DNA of 41,745 nucleotides from an uncultured Anaerolinea sp. (lineage in GTDB: Bacteria; Chloroflexota; Anaerolineae; Anaerolineales; Villigracilaceae): positions 1 to 41,745 of the forward strand of contig CAZHOX010000005.1 of assembly GCA_964534345.1 (NCBI GenBank). Reading direction: 5' to 3'. A model generated the notes under the pieces. The model did no database searches, was not told where the DNA came from, and was given only the letters and a program-made list of their open reading frames with translations. Shown piece by piece: positions 1 to 8,491 of the stretch. Position numbers and translations under genes: made by a program. Numbering within the stretch: the first letter of the stretch is position 1; each line of letters opens with the position of its first letter.

Positions 1-435
1 ATCACGAAATTGCCAGCAGGGAGGCCGAGAGCTGCTGCATAGTTGGCGCTGGCTGCGCAATCCACAGTAGCGGGATAGGAACCGGCATTGGTGCCAGTTC
101 CACCGGTTGCGAGAGTGGCAGTCCCGCCGCCTAAACAAGCTACGGCAGCTGTCTGTGCAGAACCATTGTAGGTAACTGGGCTGTTGGTGATCGAGGCAGT
201 TGGAGTGGCAGGGTTGATCACGAAATTGCCAGCGGGAAGACCGGTTGCAGCTGAGTAATTAGCACTGGCAGCGCAATCAACTGTCGCTGGGTAAGAGCCG
301 GCATTGGTTCCTGTTCCAGTTCCGGATACCAATGTTGCTGTTCCACCACCCAAGCAAGCTACTGCTGCTGTTTGTGCAGATCCATTATAAGTAACTGGGC
401 TGTTGGTAATTGAGGCTGTGGGAGTGGCAGGTGTA
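1..435 (-). repeat. Intragenic tandem repeat, 2 visible copies of ~216-219 bp (72/73 aa)
   Basis: atcacgaaattgccagc recurs at 1 and 217. Unit PATPTASITNSPVTYNGSAQTAAVACLGGGTATL...GTNAGSYPATVDCAASANY...LPAGNFVI, with one codon indel between copies. Confidence 0.9.
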
Positions 436-3400
436 ATAGTCAATGCAGTTGCATTGCCGGCTGCTTGGGCAAAAGTATAGTTTGTATTATTTGCGGTTAG
501 GCCGGATCCAGTGATTGGGTAGCTCCCAACATTGCTTGCGGCTGTTGCAGTTGAACTGAAGACCAAAACGCCTGTAGTGACAGAGGCTTGAGTGTCTGGG
601 GCGATGAAGCCAGTGACCGTGCCAGTGAAAACGGGGTTGGCGGCACCGAAGACGCGGGAGGCCGCATCTGCTGTGTACGTTAAAGTAGCCGGGGTGATGG
701 TCTGTGCAATTGCTGAAGATGTGCTGGGTCCGTAGATGCCACCTCCAGCATAGGTTGCCGTAATGCTGTGCGGTGATCCACCAACATCTAGCGTGCTTGT
801 GGAGAAGGTGGCTATACCTGCGCTGAGCGTGCCTGTACCTAGGACAGTAACGCCATCGTAGAATGTTACTGTGCCGGTAGCAGTTGCTGGCAATACTGTG
901 GCTGTAAAGGTTACTAAACTACCATAAACAGATGGACTTCCTGAAGTTCCAACAGTTGTAGAAGTAACGGCAAAGCTAACATCTGCTCCGTATGATGTGC
1001 CTGTTGTGTTGGTTGCATATGCTCGAACATGATACAAAGTGCCAGGTGTCAGGCCAGTGATATTGCTGGTGAAGGCGCCGGTTGCAGAGGCCGCCCCTTG
1101 TGTGGTCTTGGTTGCCAATGCTATCGTCGGGTTAGCTGCTGTATCCCACACTACACCGTACTGGTAGGGGTTGGGTGTGCCTAAATTTGTGATCGTACCG
1201 TTGCCGGTAGCAGTGACAGTTCCGATAGCAGTGACCGCCTCGGTTGTGACCGTTGGTGCTGTTCCCCCTGTTCCTGTCTGGGACTCGTATGCTCCGCGAT
1301 CGTCGTACGTTCGGACGCCTGCGCCGGTATCTGCAATTGGTGTATCCACACGAGCATTGCCCTCGATGTCAAGGAGCGGCTCGCCGGAAGCGTTCGAGTT
1401 GGCGCTATCAATTGCTGGTGATGTGCTGGTAATGTGATAATCACCTGTAACCACGGCAGGTAACCCACCATTGCCACCATTTGGCCGTATTGCAGGAGCC
1501 GCTGGCGCAACGAAGAGCGGGTTGGCTTGTAAACCATTGACTTCTTGAGCTGGGAAAGCTGTTTTGAATGCCGCTAAGGTTGCATAATTAGTACCATTCC
1601 ACTGGATTTGGGAAGTGCCCACACCAGTGAGGAAGACAATATTATAGTTGCTGGTTGATCCTGCTGTGGAATTGGCGTCTACACGGATATTTCCTGGTTG
1701 CCCACTACCGACGATTGCAGTTCCGTTGTCGACAGAGATATTATTGTTGATCGTTACACCAGTTGAGGTACCTTCCACATTGATACCTGAGGTGTAATTG
1801 CCTTGAACGGTATTACCAACAATGATGTTGTTCGGCGAATTGAGGAGATCAATCCCATGGTCGGCATTACCGTAAGAAAGATTGCCAATAACGGAGTTGC
1901 CAGTTGAACCAGTGTAGACTTGAATTCCGCTGTCTTCGTTAGCGTAGGTAATGTTGTGAATAATGGTGTTGTTGTTGCTGGAGAAAATATTAATTCCAGT
2001 TGCAACACGTTGATATTGTTGGGCATTAGCGAATGAGGTGTTGTTACTAATCGTATTGCCTGAGCTTCCCCCCTGAAGGTAAATGCCATAACTGCTGTTG
2101 TGATCTGTTGTATTGCCACTGATCGTGGAATTGGTTGTAGCGTCAAAAGAGATACCAGCCCTTGTGGATCCAGCTACAGGGCTTCCAGAGAAGCTGACGT
2201 GATTATTGGAAATGATGATATTGTCAGATGTGGCGACCGAAATACCGATATTTGAAGTGCCGGTCACATTGAAACCATCAATGGTGATATAGCTTCGCCC
2301 AGACACTCTGAAGCCATAGCTCGCTGCCCCGGTTACAGTAACACCGGGTTCAGCGGAAAAGGTTATTGGGCTTCCTGCACTGCCAGAGCGTACCATGGTG
2401 GCGGTCTCTGCGTAGGTGCCAGCGAGAACGCTGACAGTATCCCCGGCAATTGCTGCAGTCACGCCACGACCGATCGTGCAGAATGGCTGAGCTATCGTCA
2501 ATCCAGTTCCTGCATCAGAGCATGAAGCGTTAGTATTATTCACATAATAGATGGTACCCGTAGCGGCAGGTGACACAATTACATTTACCGCACCAATCGT
2601 TGAGGTGTAGCTTGTTGCATCTGTTGGAGTAAATGTTACAGATGCGCTGTATGTGCCAACAGGGGGGATGGTAGCTGGAGTAGTGAATGCAAAACTGCCA
2701 GCGGCTGAGGCGACGCCGCCACTTAAGGTTGAAGATGAAAGTGACTGCCCAGAAGTGATTCCAGTGGCTGTTGGCCATGTCGTCACGCTTGCTGCGATGC
2801 GGGTGTCTGTTCCAACGGTCAGGAAGCCGGTCGTCCCAGCAAAATATGTTGTGTTGATATTGGTAGCGCCGGAACCAGTCCCTCCCCAGGTGCCGTTAAT
2901 TCTACCCAAACCACCAAGTGTGAGACTTCCAATATTTAGATTTTGACCTGCTGCAATGCTGGCTGTTGCTGACCCTGTAGGTGCAATGCTCAAATTGCCG
3001 GTAACTGAAGTGCCGGCAGGCATTGTTTTTGCGCCAGTACCACTGAAAATTAGGTTGTTATATGCGTAAGCCGAAACGGTCTGTGCAGCGCCATTGTAAT
3101 TGACCGTGCCAGTGCTTGGCGTAAATAATGCATCTACATCCCCTAAAAAGGTGCCGCCTATGTTCACAGATCCATTGCCTGTAAAGAGCACGCCTGTGCC
3201 CGTGCCTGCTGTTACATTGGGCGTTGTAATATTTCCAGAAACATTAACTGTCCCTGTTGAAATTGTAAGTTGGGCACGTCTGGCATTGCTGTTCAAATTA
3301 CCTGCGGAAGGGGTAAGTGCTATAGATGTAGCCGACAAAGTACCAGCGCCAACATTAAGGAGGGTAGGTTGGGTTCCGCCGCCAGCAGTTGACCCATTTA

Positions 3401-3779
3401 GGGTAATTGCACCGGAAGTTAATGTTTGGGTTCCGCTGAATGTCAGGCTTTTTGCATTCGCTCCCGCATTAAATGTTATCGTTCCAATGGTCTGGAGCGG
3501 AGAAACATCCAAAACCACTGCACTTCCTGCCGCAATAACAACATTATCTGTATTGCCTACAGTATTTCCAGGGTAAGTGGAACCACTTGCAGGGCAACCT
3601 GCACCAGTGATTGTCCAACTGGCATTAGTTCCCCAGTTTGGAGTAGCTCCAACTGATGTAAAAGTACAAGTTGCTGCATAAGCTGGCGTCACAGGCAGAG
3701 CCGCAAGCGCCATTAGTGTAATTATAAGTACTGCGAAAATGCGATACAAAAATGGCTTCATGTTGAATTTTGCATTCAT
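1..3779 (-). CDS. Giant secreted/surface protein, truncated at window edge (>1259 aa): signal peptide, Gly/Thr-rich beta-solenoid, Ig-like module, parallel beta-helix domain, FN3-like, Big_3-like, MBG-like and tandem ~72-aa repeats
   Basis: Translated by hand from ATG at 3779 with AGGAG RBS: MNAKFNMKPFLYRIFAVLIITLMALAALPVTPAYA/ATCTF...; no stop seen down to base 1. Motifs YYVNNTNASCSD, NEDSG, GNADHGID, DDRGAYE, ITGLTPGTLYHVRAYATN, GTVTFYDG. Absent from the ORF track because it has no stop in the window. Confidence 0.9.
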   Translation of the reverse strand, partial: MNAKFNMKPFLYRIFAVLIITLMALAALPVTPAYAATCTFTSVGATPNWGTNASWTITGAGCPASGSTYPGNTVGNTDNVVIAAGSAVVLDVSPLQTIGTITFNAGANAKSLTFSGTQTLTSGAITLNGSTAGGGTQPTLLNVGAGTLSATSIALTPSAGNLNSNARRAQLTISTGTVNVSGNITTPNVTAGTGTGVLFTGNGSVNIGGTFLGDVDALFTPSTGTVNYNGAAQTVSAYAYNNLIFSGTGAKTMPAGTSVTGNLSIAPTGSATASIAAGQNLNIGSLTLGGLGRINGTWGGTGSGATNINTTYFAGTTGFLTVGTDTRIAASVTTWPTATGITSGQSLSSSTLSGGVASAAGSFAFTTPATIPPVGTYSASVTFTPTDATSYTSTIGAVNVIVSPAATGTIYYVNNTNASCSDAGTGLTIAQPFCTIGRGVTAAIAGDTVSVLAGTYAETATMVRSGSAGSPITFSAEPGVTVTGAASYGFRVSGRSYITIDGFNVTGTSNIGISVATSDNIIISNNHVSFSGSPVAGSTRAGISFDATTNSTISGNTTDHNSSYGIYLQGGSSGNTISNNTSFANAQQYQRVATGINIFSSNNNTIIHNITYANEDSGIQVYTGSTGNSVIGNLSYGNADHGIDLLNSPNNIIVGNTVQGNYTSGINVEGTSTGVTINNNISVDNGTAIVGSGQPGNIRVDANSTAGSTSNYNIVFLTGVGTSQIQWNGTNYATLAAFKTAFPAQEVNGLQANPLFVAPAAPAIRPNGGNGGLPAVVTGDYHITSTSPAIDSANSNASGEPLLDIEGNARVDTPIADTGAGVRTYDDRGAYESQTGTGGTAPTVTTEAVTAIGTVTATGNGTITNLGTPNPYQYGVVWDTAANPTIALATKTTQGAASATGAFTSNITGLTPGTLYHVRAYATNTTGTSYGADVSFAVTSTTVGTSGSPSVYGSLVTFTATVLPATATGTVTFYDGVTVLGTGTLSAGIATFSTSTLDVGGSPHSITATYAGGGIYGPSTSSAIAQTITPATLTYTADAASRVFGAANPVFTGTVTGFIAPDTQASVTTGVLVFSSTATAASNVGSYPITGSGLTANNTNYTFAQAAGNATALTITPATPTASITNSPVTYNGSAQTAAVACLGGGTATLVSGTGTGTNAGSYPATVDCAASANYSAATGLPAGNFVINPATPTASITNSPVTYNGSAQTAAVACLGGGTATLATGGTGTNAGSYPATVDCAASANYAAALGLPAGNFV

Positions 3780-3798
3780 AATTCTTTACTCCTGATGG

Positions 3799-4164
3799 TT
3801 ATACAACATCAATTTCTTTTGGTGTCATTGGTATGTAATTTTGATCTATAACCTTTTGGTTTGACGGCTTGGGTATTTCTGAATAAGTGTCAGGGAAGAG
3901 CTTTCCAATACCTACTTTCAATACATTGGCAGTCTTGCGAAGATTACTTAGTGACATATCATGGTCGTTGAAGTTCTCGTAAGTTTCATATTCGCCGCGC
4001 CAAATTTTTGCAGCAGTAGGTTCGCTGCAGCCAAGTTTTCGCATCTCTCCAGCGAATTCATCAAATGACATGTTAATCTTAAGAGCTAGCTGTTGAACCG
4101 TGCTATAAGAACTTGTTGGTACACTAATTTTTTCTTCTAATAATTGCTGAGCAGCGTTATTCAT
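3799..4164 (-). CDS. Small protein with XRE/Cro-like HTH
   Basis: GAGGA RBS before ATG; SEPTAAKIWRG and SLSNLRKTANVLKVGIGKLF resemble XRE helices; 19 bp upstream of the giant gene. Confidence 0.65.
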   Translation of the reverse strand: MNNAAQQLLEEKISVPTSSYSTVQQLALKINMSFDEFAGEMRKLGCSEPTAAKIWRGEYETYENFNDHDMSLSNLRKTANVLKVGIGKLFPDTYSEIPKPSNQKVIDQNYIPMTPKEIDVV

Positions 4165-4224
4165 TTTTTCCTCATGAAGACTTTCACATGATATAGTTTG
4201 AAAAGAATTATGAATTGAGATAGG

Positions 4225-4344
4225 AAATTACAAAAGAAATATCCACCGAATCGTATTTTTAAAACTGTATAAAAACGCAAGTGGATATACTTTACACCCT
4301 TAATTCTTATAAAGTTTTTGACTTTTCTTTGAATTGTTTTAAGA
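4225..4344 (-). promoter_or_regulatory. Upstream element, copy A, homologous to 22745-22864
   Basis: Ungapped alignment to 22745-22864, about 79/120 identical by hand count, including tttctttgaatt. Confidence 0.55.
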
Positions 4345-4434
4345 CAAAACCAGGTGAATTTGTCTGCTTGCGAGTGCAATACAAGATAAGTAAAACATCC
4401 CGCCTGGAAATTTTCTTGTATCCTGTTCTGTATA

Positions 4435-5415
4435 CTACGGTGCGGAGTTATGCTGCTTGATGAGAATTTGAAGCTCTGGGTGGTTTTTCAAAGTTTGCGG
4501 AGCAGGGCAGCTACGTTCATTGCATTGGATACCCCATGTATAAGCAAAGTCAAAAGCTGGTGTCGGCACCAAGGATGCCCAGAGATTAAGCATATCCTGA
4601 AATTCCTTTGTCGTTGGTGTCCTGTAATAAATGCTCTTTCCATCCAATCGACCTTCTTGTCCAAATGCCTGAAAAACCGGCACCATGGCAGATACAGGAA
4701 TTCCATTTGCCAGGGCCGTTTGAACTCGCTCTGAAACTTTACTGATGTCACATTTCACAGGCTGTCCAGTGTTATTGAAGTGGCAGGGATAAGGGTCAAT
4801 TCCAATTAGATCAACATGAGTTATTTCCGGGCGTAAAGCGTTGTATTCACATCCCTCGCTTGCGGGACACATATTGCTCCCATCTTGGATCGTGATATAT
4901 GATTTTTGCCCAGGAGCATTAGCATGGATATAGTCAGATCGAATTTTGATGATGTTGACAGCTTCTGGACATGCAGATGGGTGGGGTTCATCTGCCAAGT
5001 TGTAACCGAAAACTTTTGGGCTGTTGGCCAATATATCCACGACAGCTTTAAATTCAGCATCACTAAAGCCCGGTGCTGGGCAGTCTTGACCTGGAGGAGC
5101 GTTTCCTAAATTCCCTAACCAAACTAATGCCATTGTTCCTTCTGGCAGATCGTTGACGATCGCAAGTGTATCTGCAGGATTGGTCTTGCTTCCAGTGACG
5201 TCAAATAAGTTGAAACCTAGTTCAATTAGTTTGGTAATATCCCCTTGAGTGTTGAAGGCTGCATGTAGCGATACTGTATCTGTAGGCTGCGATTCAATTG
5301 GTGTTGTTATTTCTGGAGTTTGACCATCAATACTTGTGTTTCTCCCGCCTCCACAGGCAATTAGAATAAGAGCACCTAAGAGGCATACAACATAGATCTT
5401 TGAAACTGCGGTCAT
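4435..5415 (-). CDS. Lipoprotein with putative glycoside hydrolase TIM-barrel domain
   Basis: Lipobox LIA-C-GG; GYNLADEP and IGIDPYP motifs resemble clan GH-A-like barrels; last gene of the polysaccharide operon. Confidence 0.65.
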   Translation of the reverse strand: MTAVSKIYVVCLLGALILIACGGGRNTSIDGQTPEITTPIESQPTDTVSLHAAFNTQGDITKLIELGFNLFDVTGSKTNPADTLAIVNDLPEGTMALVWLGNLGNAPPGQDCPAPGFSDAEFKAVVDILANSPKVFGYNLADEPHPSACPEAVNIIKIRSDYIHANAPGQKSYITIQDGSNMCPASEGCEYNALRPEITHVDLIGIDPYPCHFNNTGQPVKCDISKVSERVQTALANGIPVSAMVPVFQAFGQEGRLDGKSIYYRTPTTKEFQDMLNLWASLVPTPAFDFAYTWGIQCNERSCPAPQTLKNHPELQILIKQHNSAP

Positions 5416-5464
5416 GAAACTGCTCCGTCAAATATCAACACCAATTGAGTCATGAATAAAATAG

Positions 5465-6595
5465 TTAGGATAAAACTTCCCGAATTGTCTTTGCCACCGA
5501 TACAATATCTTCATCGTGTAAAGTTGGGTACAAAGGCAGGGTAACTTCACGCTTTACAACATTTTCTGTAACTGGCAACATTGAGTGTGTGATATTTTGA
5601 TACGCTGTAAAGTGGTGAGCTGGCGGGTAATGGATGCTCGTCTGAATTCCGTGTGCCTTCATGCTTTCCATAAACTGGGTACGGTCAGTTCCAATGGGTA
5701 GTAGGATCGGCATAATATGTGCAGCAGAAATACCTGGGTGATTTTCGAAGGGGACGGTTATTTCAGGCACTAATTCTTGAAGGGCATCGCGGTATTGTTG
5801 CGTGAGAGAACGGCGGCGGGCATTATTTTTGTCTAATTTGCTTAATTGGACTCTTCCAAGCGCAGCTCGGATCTCATCTATGCGGTAGTTATAGCCAAGC
5901 TCAACAACATCGTAGCTCCAAGCGTGTCCTTTGTGACGATCCCAAGTCATCGAAGTCATACCATGAGACCGGAATAGACGCAATTTTTCAGCGAAGCTAT
6001 CGTCGTTGGCGGTGACCATGCCGCCTTCGCCTGTAGTCATATTTTTATTGGAAAAAAAGCTAAAGCAGCTAATATCACCCCAATTGCCGAGTTTTATGCC
6101 ATTCAATTCCGAACCGATGGCGTGAGCATCGTCTTCAATTACGTAAAGGTTATTTTTCTTGGCTATTTCCATGATACGGGGCATATCACATGGATACCCG
6201 CCGTAATGGACGACAATGATTGCACGTGTCCGTGGCGTGATGCTCTGCTCAATGCTTTCCGGTGATATGTTCAGATTATTTTCATCTGTTACATCTGCGA
6301 AAACAGGCGTTGCACCAGTGTAGCGTACAGCATTGGCGGTAGCAACAAATGTCAGAGCAGGCAGTATGACTTCATCGCCGGGGATTAACCCAATCGCCAT
6401 ACAGGCCATGTGGAGTGCAGCAGTACAATTTGAGACAGCAAGAGCATGTTTCGCACCGACATAAGCTGAGAATTCGCTTTCAAAAGCTTGGGTAACACCA
6501 CCCATTGTCAACCAGCGACTTTCTAAAACGCTTAACACTGCAGATGTCTCTTCGGGTCCAAAATCAATATCAGATAGAGGGATTTTCCAGTTCAT
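5465..6595 (-). CDS. DegT/DnrJ/EryC1/StrS PLP-dependent sugar aminotransferase
   Basis: SNCTAALH, IEDDAHAIG, FSFFSNKNMTTGEGG (PLP Lys), GYNYR. Confidence 0.95.
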   Translation of the reverse strand: MNWKIPLSDIDFGPEETSAVLSVLESRWLTMGGVTQAFESEFSAYVGAKHALAVSNCTAALHMACMAIGLIPGDEVILPALTFVATANAVRYTGATPVFADVTDENNLNISPESIEQSITPRTRAIIVVHYGGYPCDMPRIMEIAKKNNLYVIEDDAHAIGSELNGIKLGNWGDISCFSFFSNKNMTTGEGGMVTANDDSFAEKLRLFRSHGMTSMTWDRHKGHAWSYDVVELGYNYRIDEIRAALGRVQLSKLDKNNARRRSLTQQYRDALQELVPEITVPFENHPGISAAHIMPILLPIGTDRTQFMESMKAHGIQTSIHYPPAHHFTAYQNITHSMLPVTENVVKREVTLPLYPTLHDEDIVSVAKTIREVLS

Positions 6596-6607
6596 GAGTT
6601 GACTCTC

Positions 6608-7312
6608 CTAAGGTAAAAATTCAGAATGCATTTTTTCAAAATCAAGCATTGCTTGTTCGTAGTCATCAGGTGACCCTAGATCTTTCCAGTACCCTTCAAA
6701 TGGGTAGCCGACCACTTTTTCACCGGCATTGATGAGCTTTCGTACAAGGTCTGGAAAGTCTAGATACTCACCGCGTGGAATAAATTTGACCACTCGCGGA
6801 TCAAAGACATATACACCCATGCTGACAGAATAATCATAGGTCGGTTTTTCGATATAGCCTTTAATGGCAGGCTTGCCATCCCATTCGATAACGCCCAGAT
6901 CAATTTTTACTTCACGGCGATGAGTTGCGATGGTAGCTGCTGCCTGTTGCTCCTTATGGAATCGTAACAAGTCATCAAAACGTAATGTGGTTAGCACATC
7001 GCCATTGGTCACTAAAAAGGAATCATTGAGGCCTTCAACAAATGCGATCGGACCTGCGGTCCCGAGTGGAGTTTCTTCATAACTGTAGGAGATATGTAAA
7101 TCCAATTGTTGACCATCTTGAAAGAACGTTCGCATCAATCCTGAAAGATGCCCTACCGTTAGTACCACGTCATCAATGCCTGCCATTTTCATCTGTCGAA
7201 GTATGACCTCGAGAATAGGCATATCGCCAATTGGCATTAATGGTTTTGGTAGGATTTTGGTATACGGTGCAAGCCGTCTCCCTTTGCCACCAGCTAGTAC
7301 GATTGCTTTCAT
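6608..7312 (-). CDS. Sugar-1-phosphate nucleotidyltransferase (NTP_transferase family)
   Basis: MKAIVLAGGKGRRLAPYT..LPKPL, PLGTAG, NGD, EKP. Start moved to 7312 (AAGGAG RBS) from the ORF-track 7378. Confidence 0.93.
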   Translation of the reverse strand: MKAIVLAGGKGRRLAPYTKILPKPLMPIGDMPILEVILRQMKMAGIDDVVLTVGHLSGLMRTFFQDGQQLDLHISYSYEETPLGTAGPIAFVEGLNDSFLVTNGDVLTTLRFDDLLRFHKEQQAAATIATHRREVKIDLGVIEWDGKPAIKGYIEKPTYDYSVSMGVYVFDPRVVKFIPRGEYLDFPDLVRKLINAGEKVVGYPFEGYWKDLGSPDDYEQAMLDFEKMHSEFLP

Positions 7313-7326
7313 GGGTTTCTCCTTTT

Positions 7327-8322
7327 TTAAAACTGATAAGAACCGATTTGGTAAAGATGAAGATGGTCTTTGAGCCACTCTATGGTTTTTTTCAAACCAT
7401 CATCAAAACTGGTTTGTGGCATCCACCCGATAGTTTTTGCAGCAAGCGAATTGTTCGAGAGGAGGCGCTGCACTTCAGAATCAGCAGGACGTAGGCGAGA
7501 CGTATCAATTTCGATTTGTGCTGAACTGCCTGTCAGGTGGATGATCTTTTCAACAAGAGTTCCGATCTTAATTTCAGAACCTGTTCCCAGATTCATAGTT
7601 TTGCCTTCTACGCCAGGTGTTTCAGCTGCCTTAACAAATCCGTCCACAGTATCATCAACATACGTGAAGTCTCGCGTAGATTCCAGATTGCCTAGGCGGA
7701 TAACCGATTTGGCCAGTGCTTGTGTAATAATTGTTGGGATGACTGCACGGGTTGACTGGCGTGGACCAAAGGTGTTAAACGGACGTACGGTTACGACCGG
7801 CAAGCTGTAAGCACAATGGAAGCTTTCTGCTAACTTATCCGCACCAATCTTGCTTGCAGAATAGGGTGATTGTCCTTGTAGTGGATGGTCCTCATCGATG
7901 GGCACCCGTAATGCTGTGCCATAAACCTCACTTGTAGATGTATGGATAAGTCGATCGACCTTTAATCTGTTGCATGCCAGCAGGACATTGAGTGTGCCCA
8001 TCACGTTTGCTTCTGCAACTTCAAGAGGGTGAAGGTAGGAATATGGGATGGAGATTAGAGCCCCTAAGTGGAAAACCACTTGACAACCTTCCACTGCCTT
8101 GTGAATGGCATCAGCATCACGAATGTCACCTGCCACAATTTGTATTTTCTGAGTAACCTCTTTGGGTGACAAGCGAAGCAATCCGGCATCGCCACGTGAG
8201 TTATAGCGCACAAAGGCGCGCACGTTGGCTCCTTCTGTCACTAGCCGCTCTACAAGATGACTTCCGATAAATCCGCCGGCTCCAGTTACAAGTACTTGTT
8301 TTCCTTGCCAAAAAGAATTCAT
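7327..8322 (-). CDS. NAD-dependent nucleotide-sugar 4,6-dehydratase (LegB-like SDR)
   Basis: GAGGFIGS, LGALISIPYSY, TSTSEVYG, YSASK, RPFNTFGPRQS. Confidence 0.92.
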   Translation of the reverse strand: MNSFWQGKQVLVTGAGGFIGSHLVERLVTEGANVRAFVRYNSRGDAGLLRLSPKEVTQKIQIVAGDIRDADAIHKAVEGCQVVFHLGALISIPYSYLHPLEVAEANVMGTLNVLLACNRLKVDRLIHTSTSEVYGTALRVPIDEDHPLQGQSPYSASKIGADKLAESFHCAYSLPVVTVRPFNTFGPRQSTRAVIPTIITQALAKSVIRLGNLESTRDFTYVDDTVDGFVKAAETPGVEGKTMNLGTGSEIKIGTLVEKIIHLTGSSAQIEIDTSRLRPADSEVQRLLSNNSLAAKTIGWMPQTSFDDGLKKTIEWLKDHLHLYQIGSYQF

Positions 8323-8491
8323 TTCATTACCTCGCTGTTAATAAATTTTTTTAATGGATCATAATTGGAATTGATTGTGTCTCTGCTTTATTCCACGCTT
8401 AAGAGTGTTTCCCACATACGGGTTTTGTTATTACCTAAGCAAGAGATCGGCTTATTTGGATGTGAAATTGATACTACTTCAGATGAATAGA

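Noticed and set aside
1171-3656. Short ORF-track ORFs (1171-1437, 1181-1537, 1754-2146, 2536-2778, 2653-2946, 3100-3576, 3426-3656)
   Set aside because: Shadow frames of the giant minus-strand gene; the Val/Pro-rich antisense translations mirror its Thr/Gly codons.
4161-4379. 72-aa minus-strand ORF
   Set aside because: Overlies the AT-rich duplicated upstream element and is not protein-like.
5465-8322. Legionaminic acid pathway
   Set aside because: No synthase, hydrolysing epimerase or CMP-transferase in the locus.
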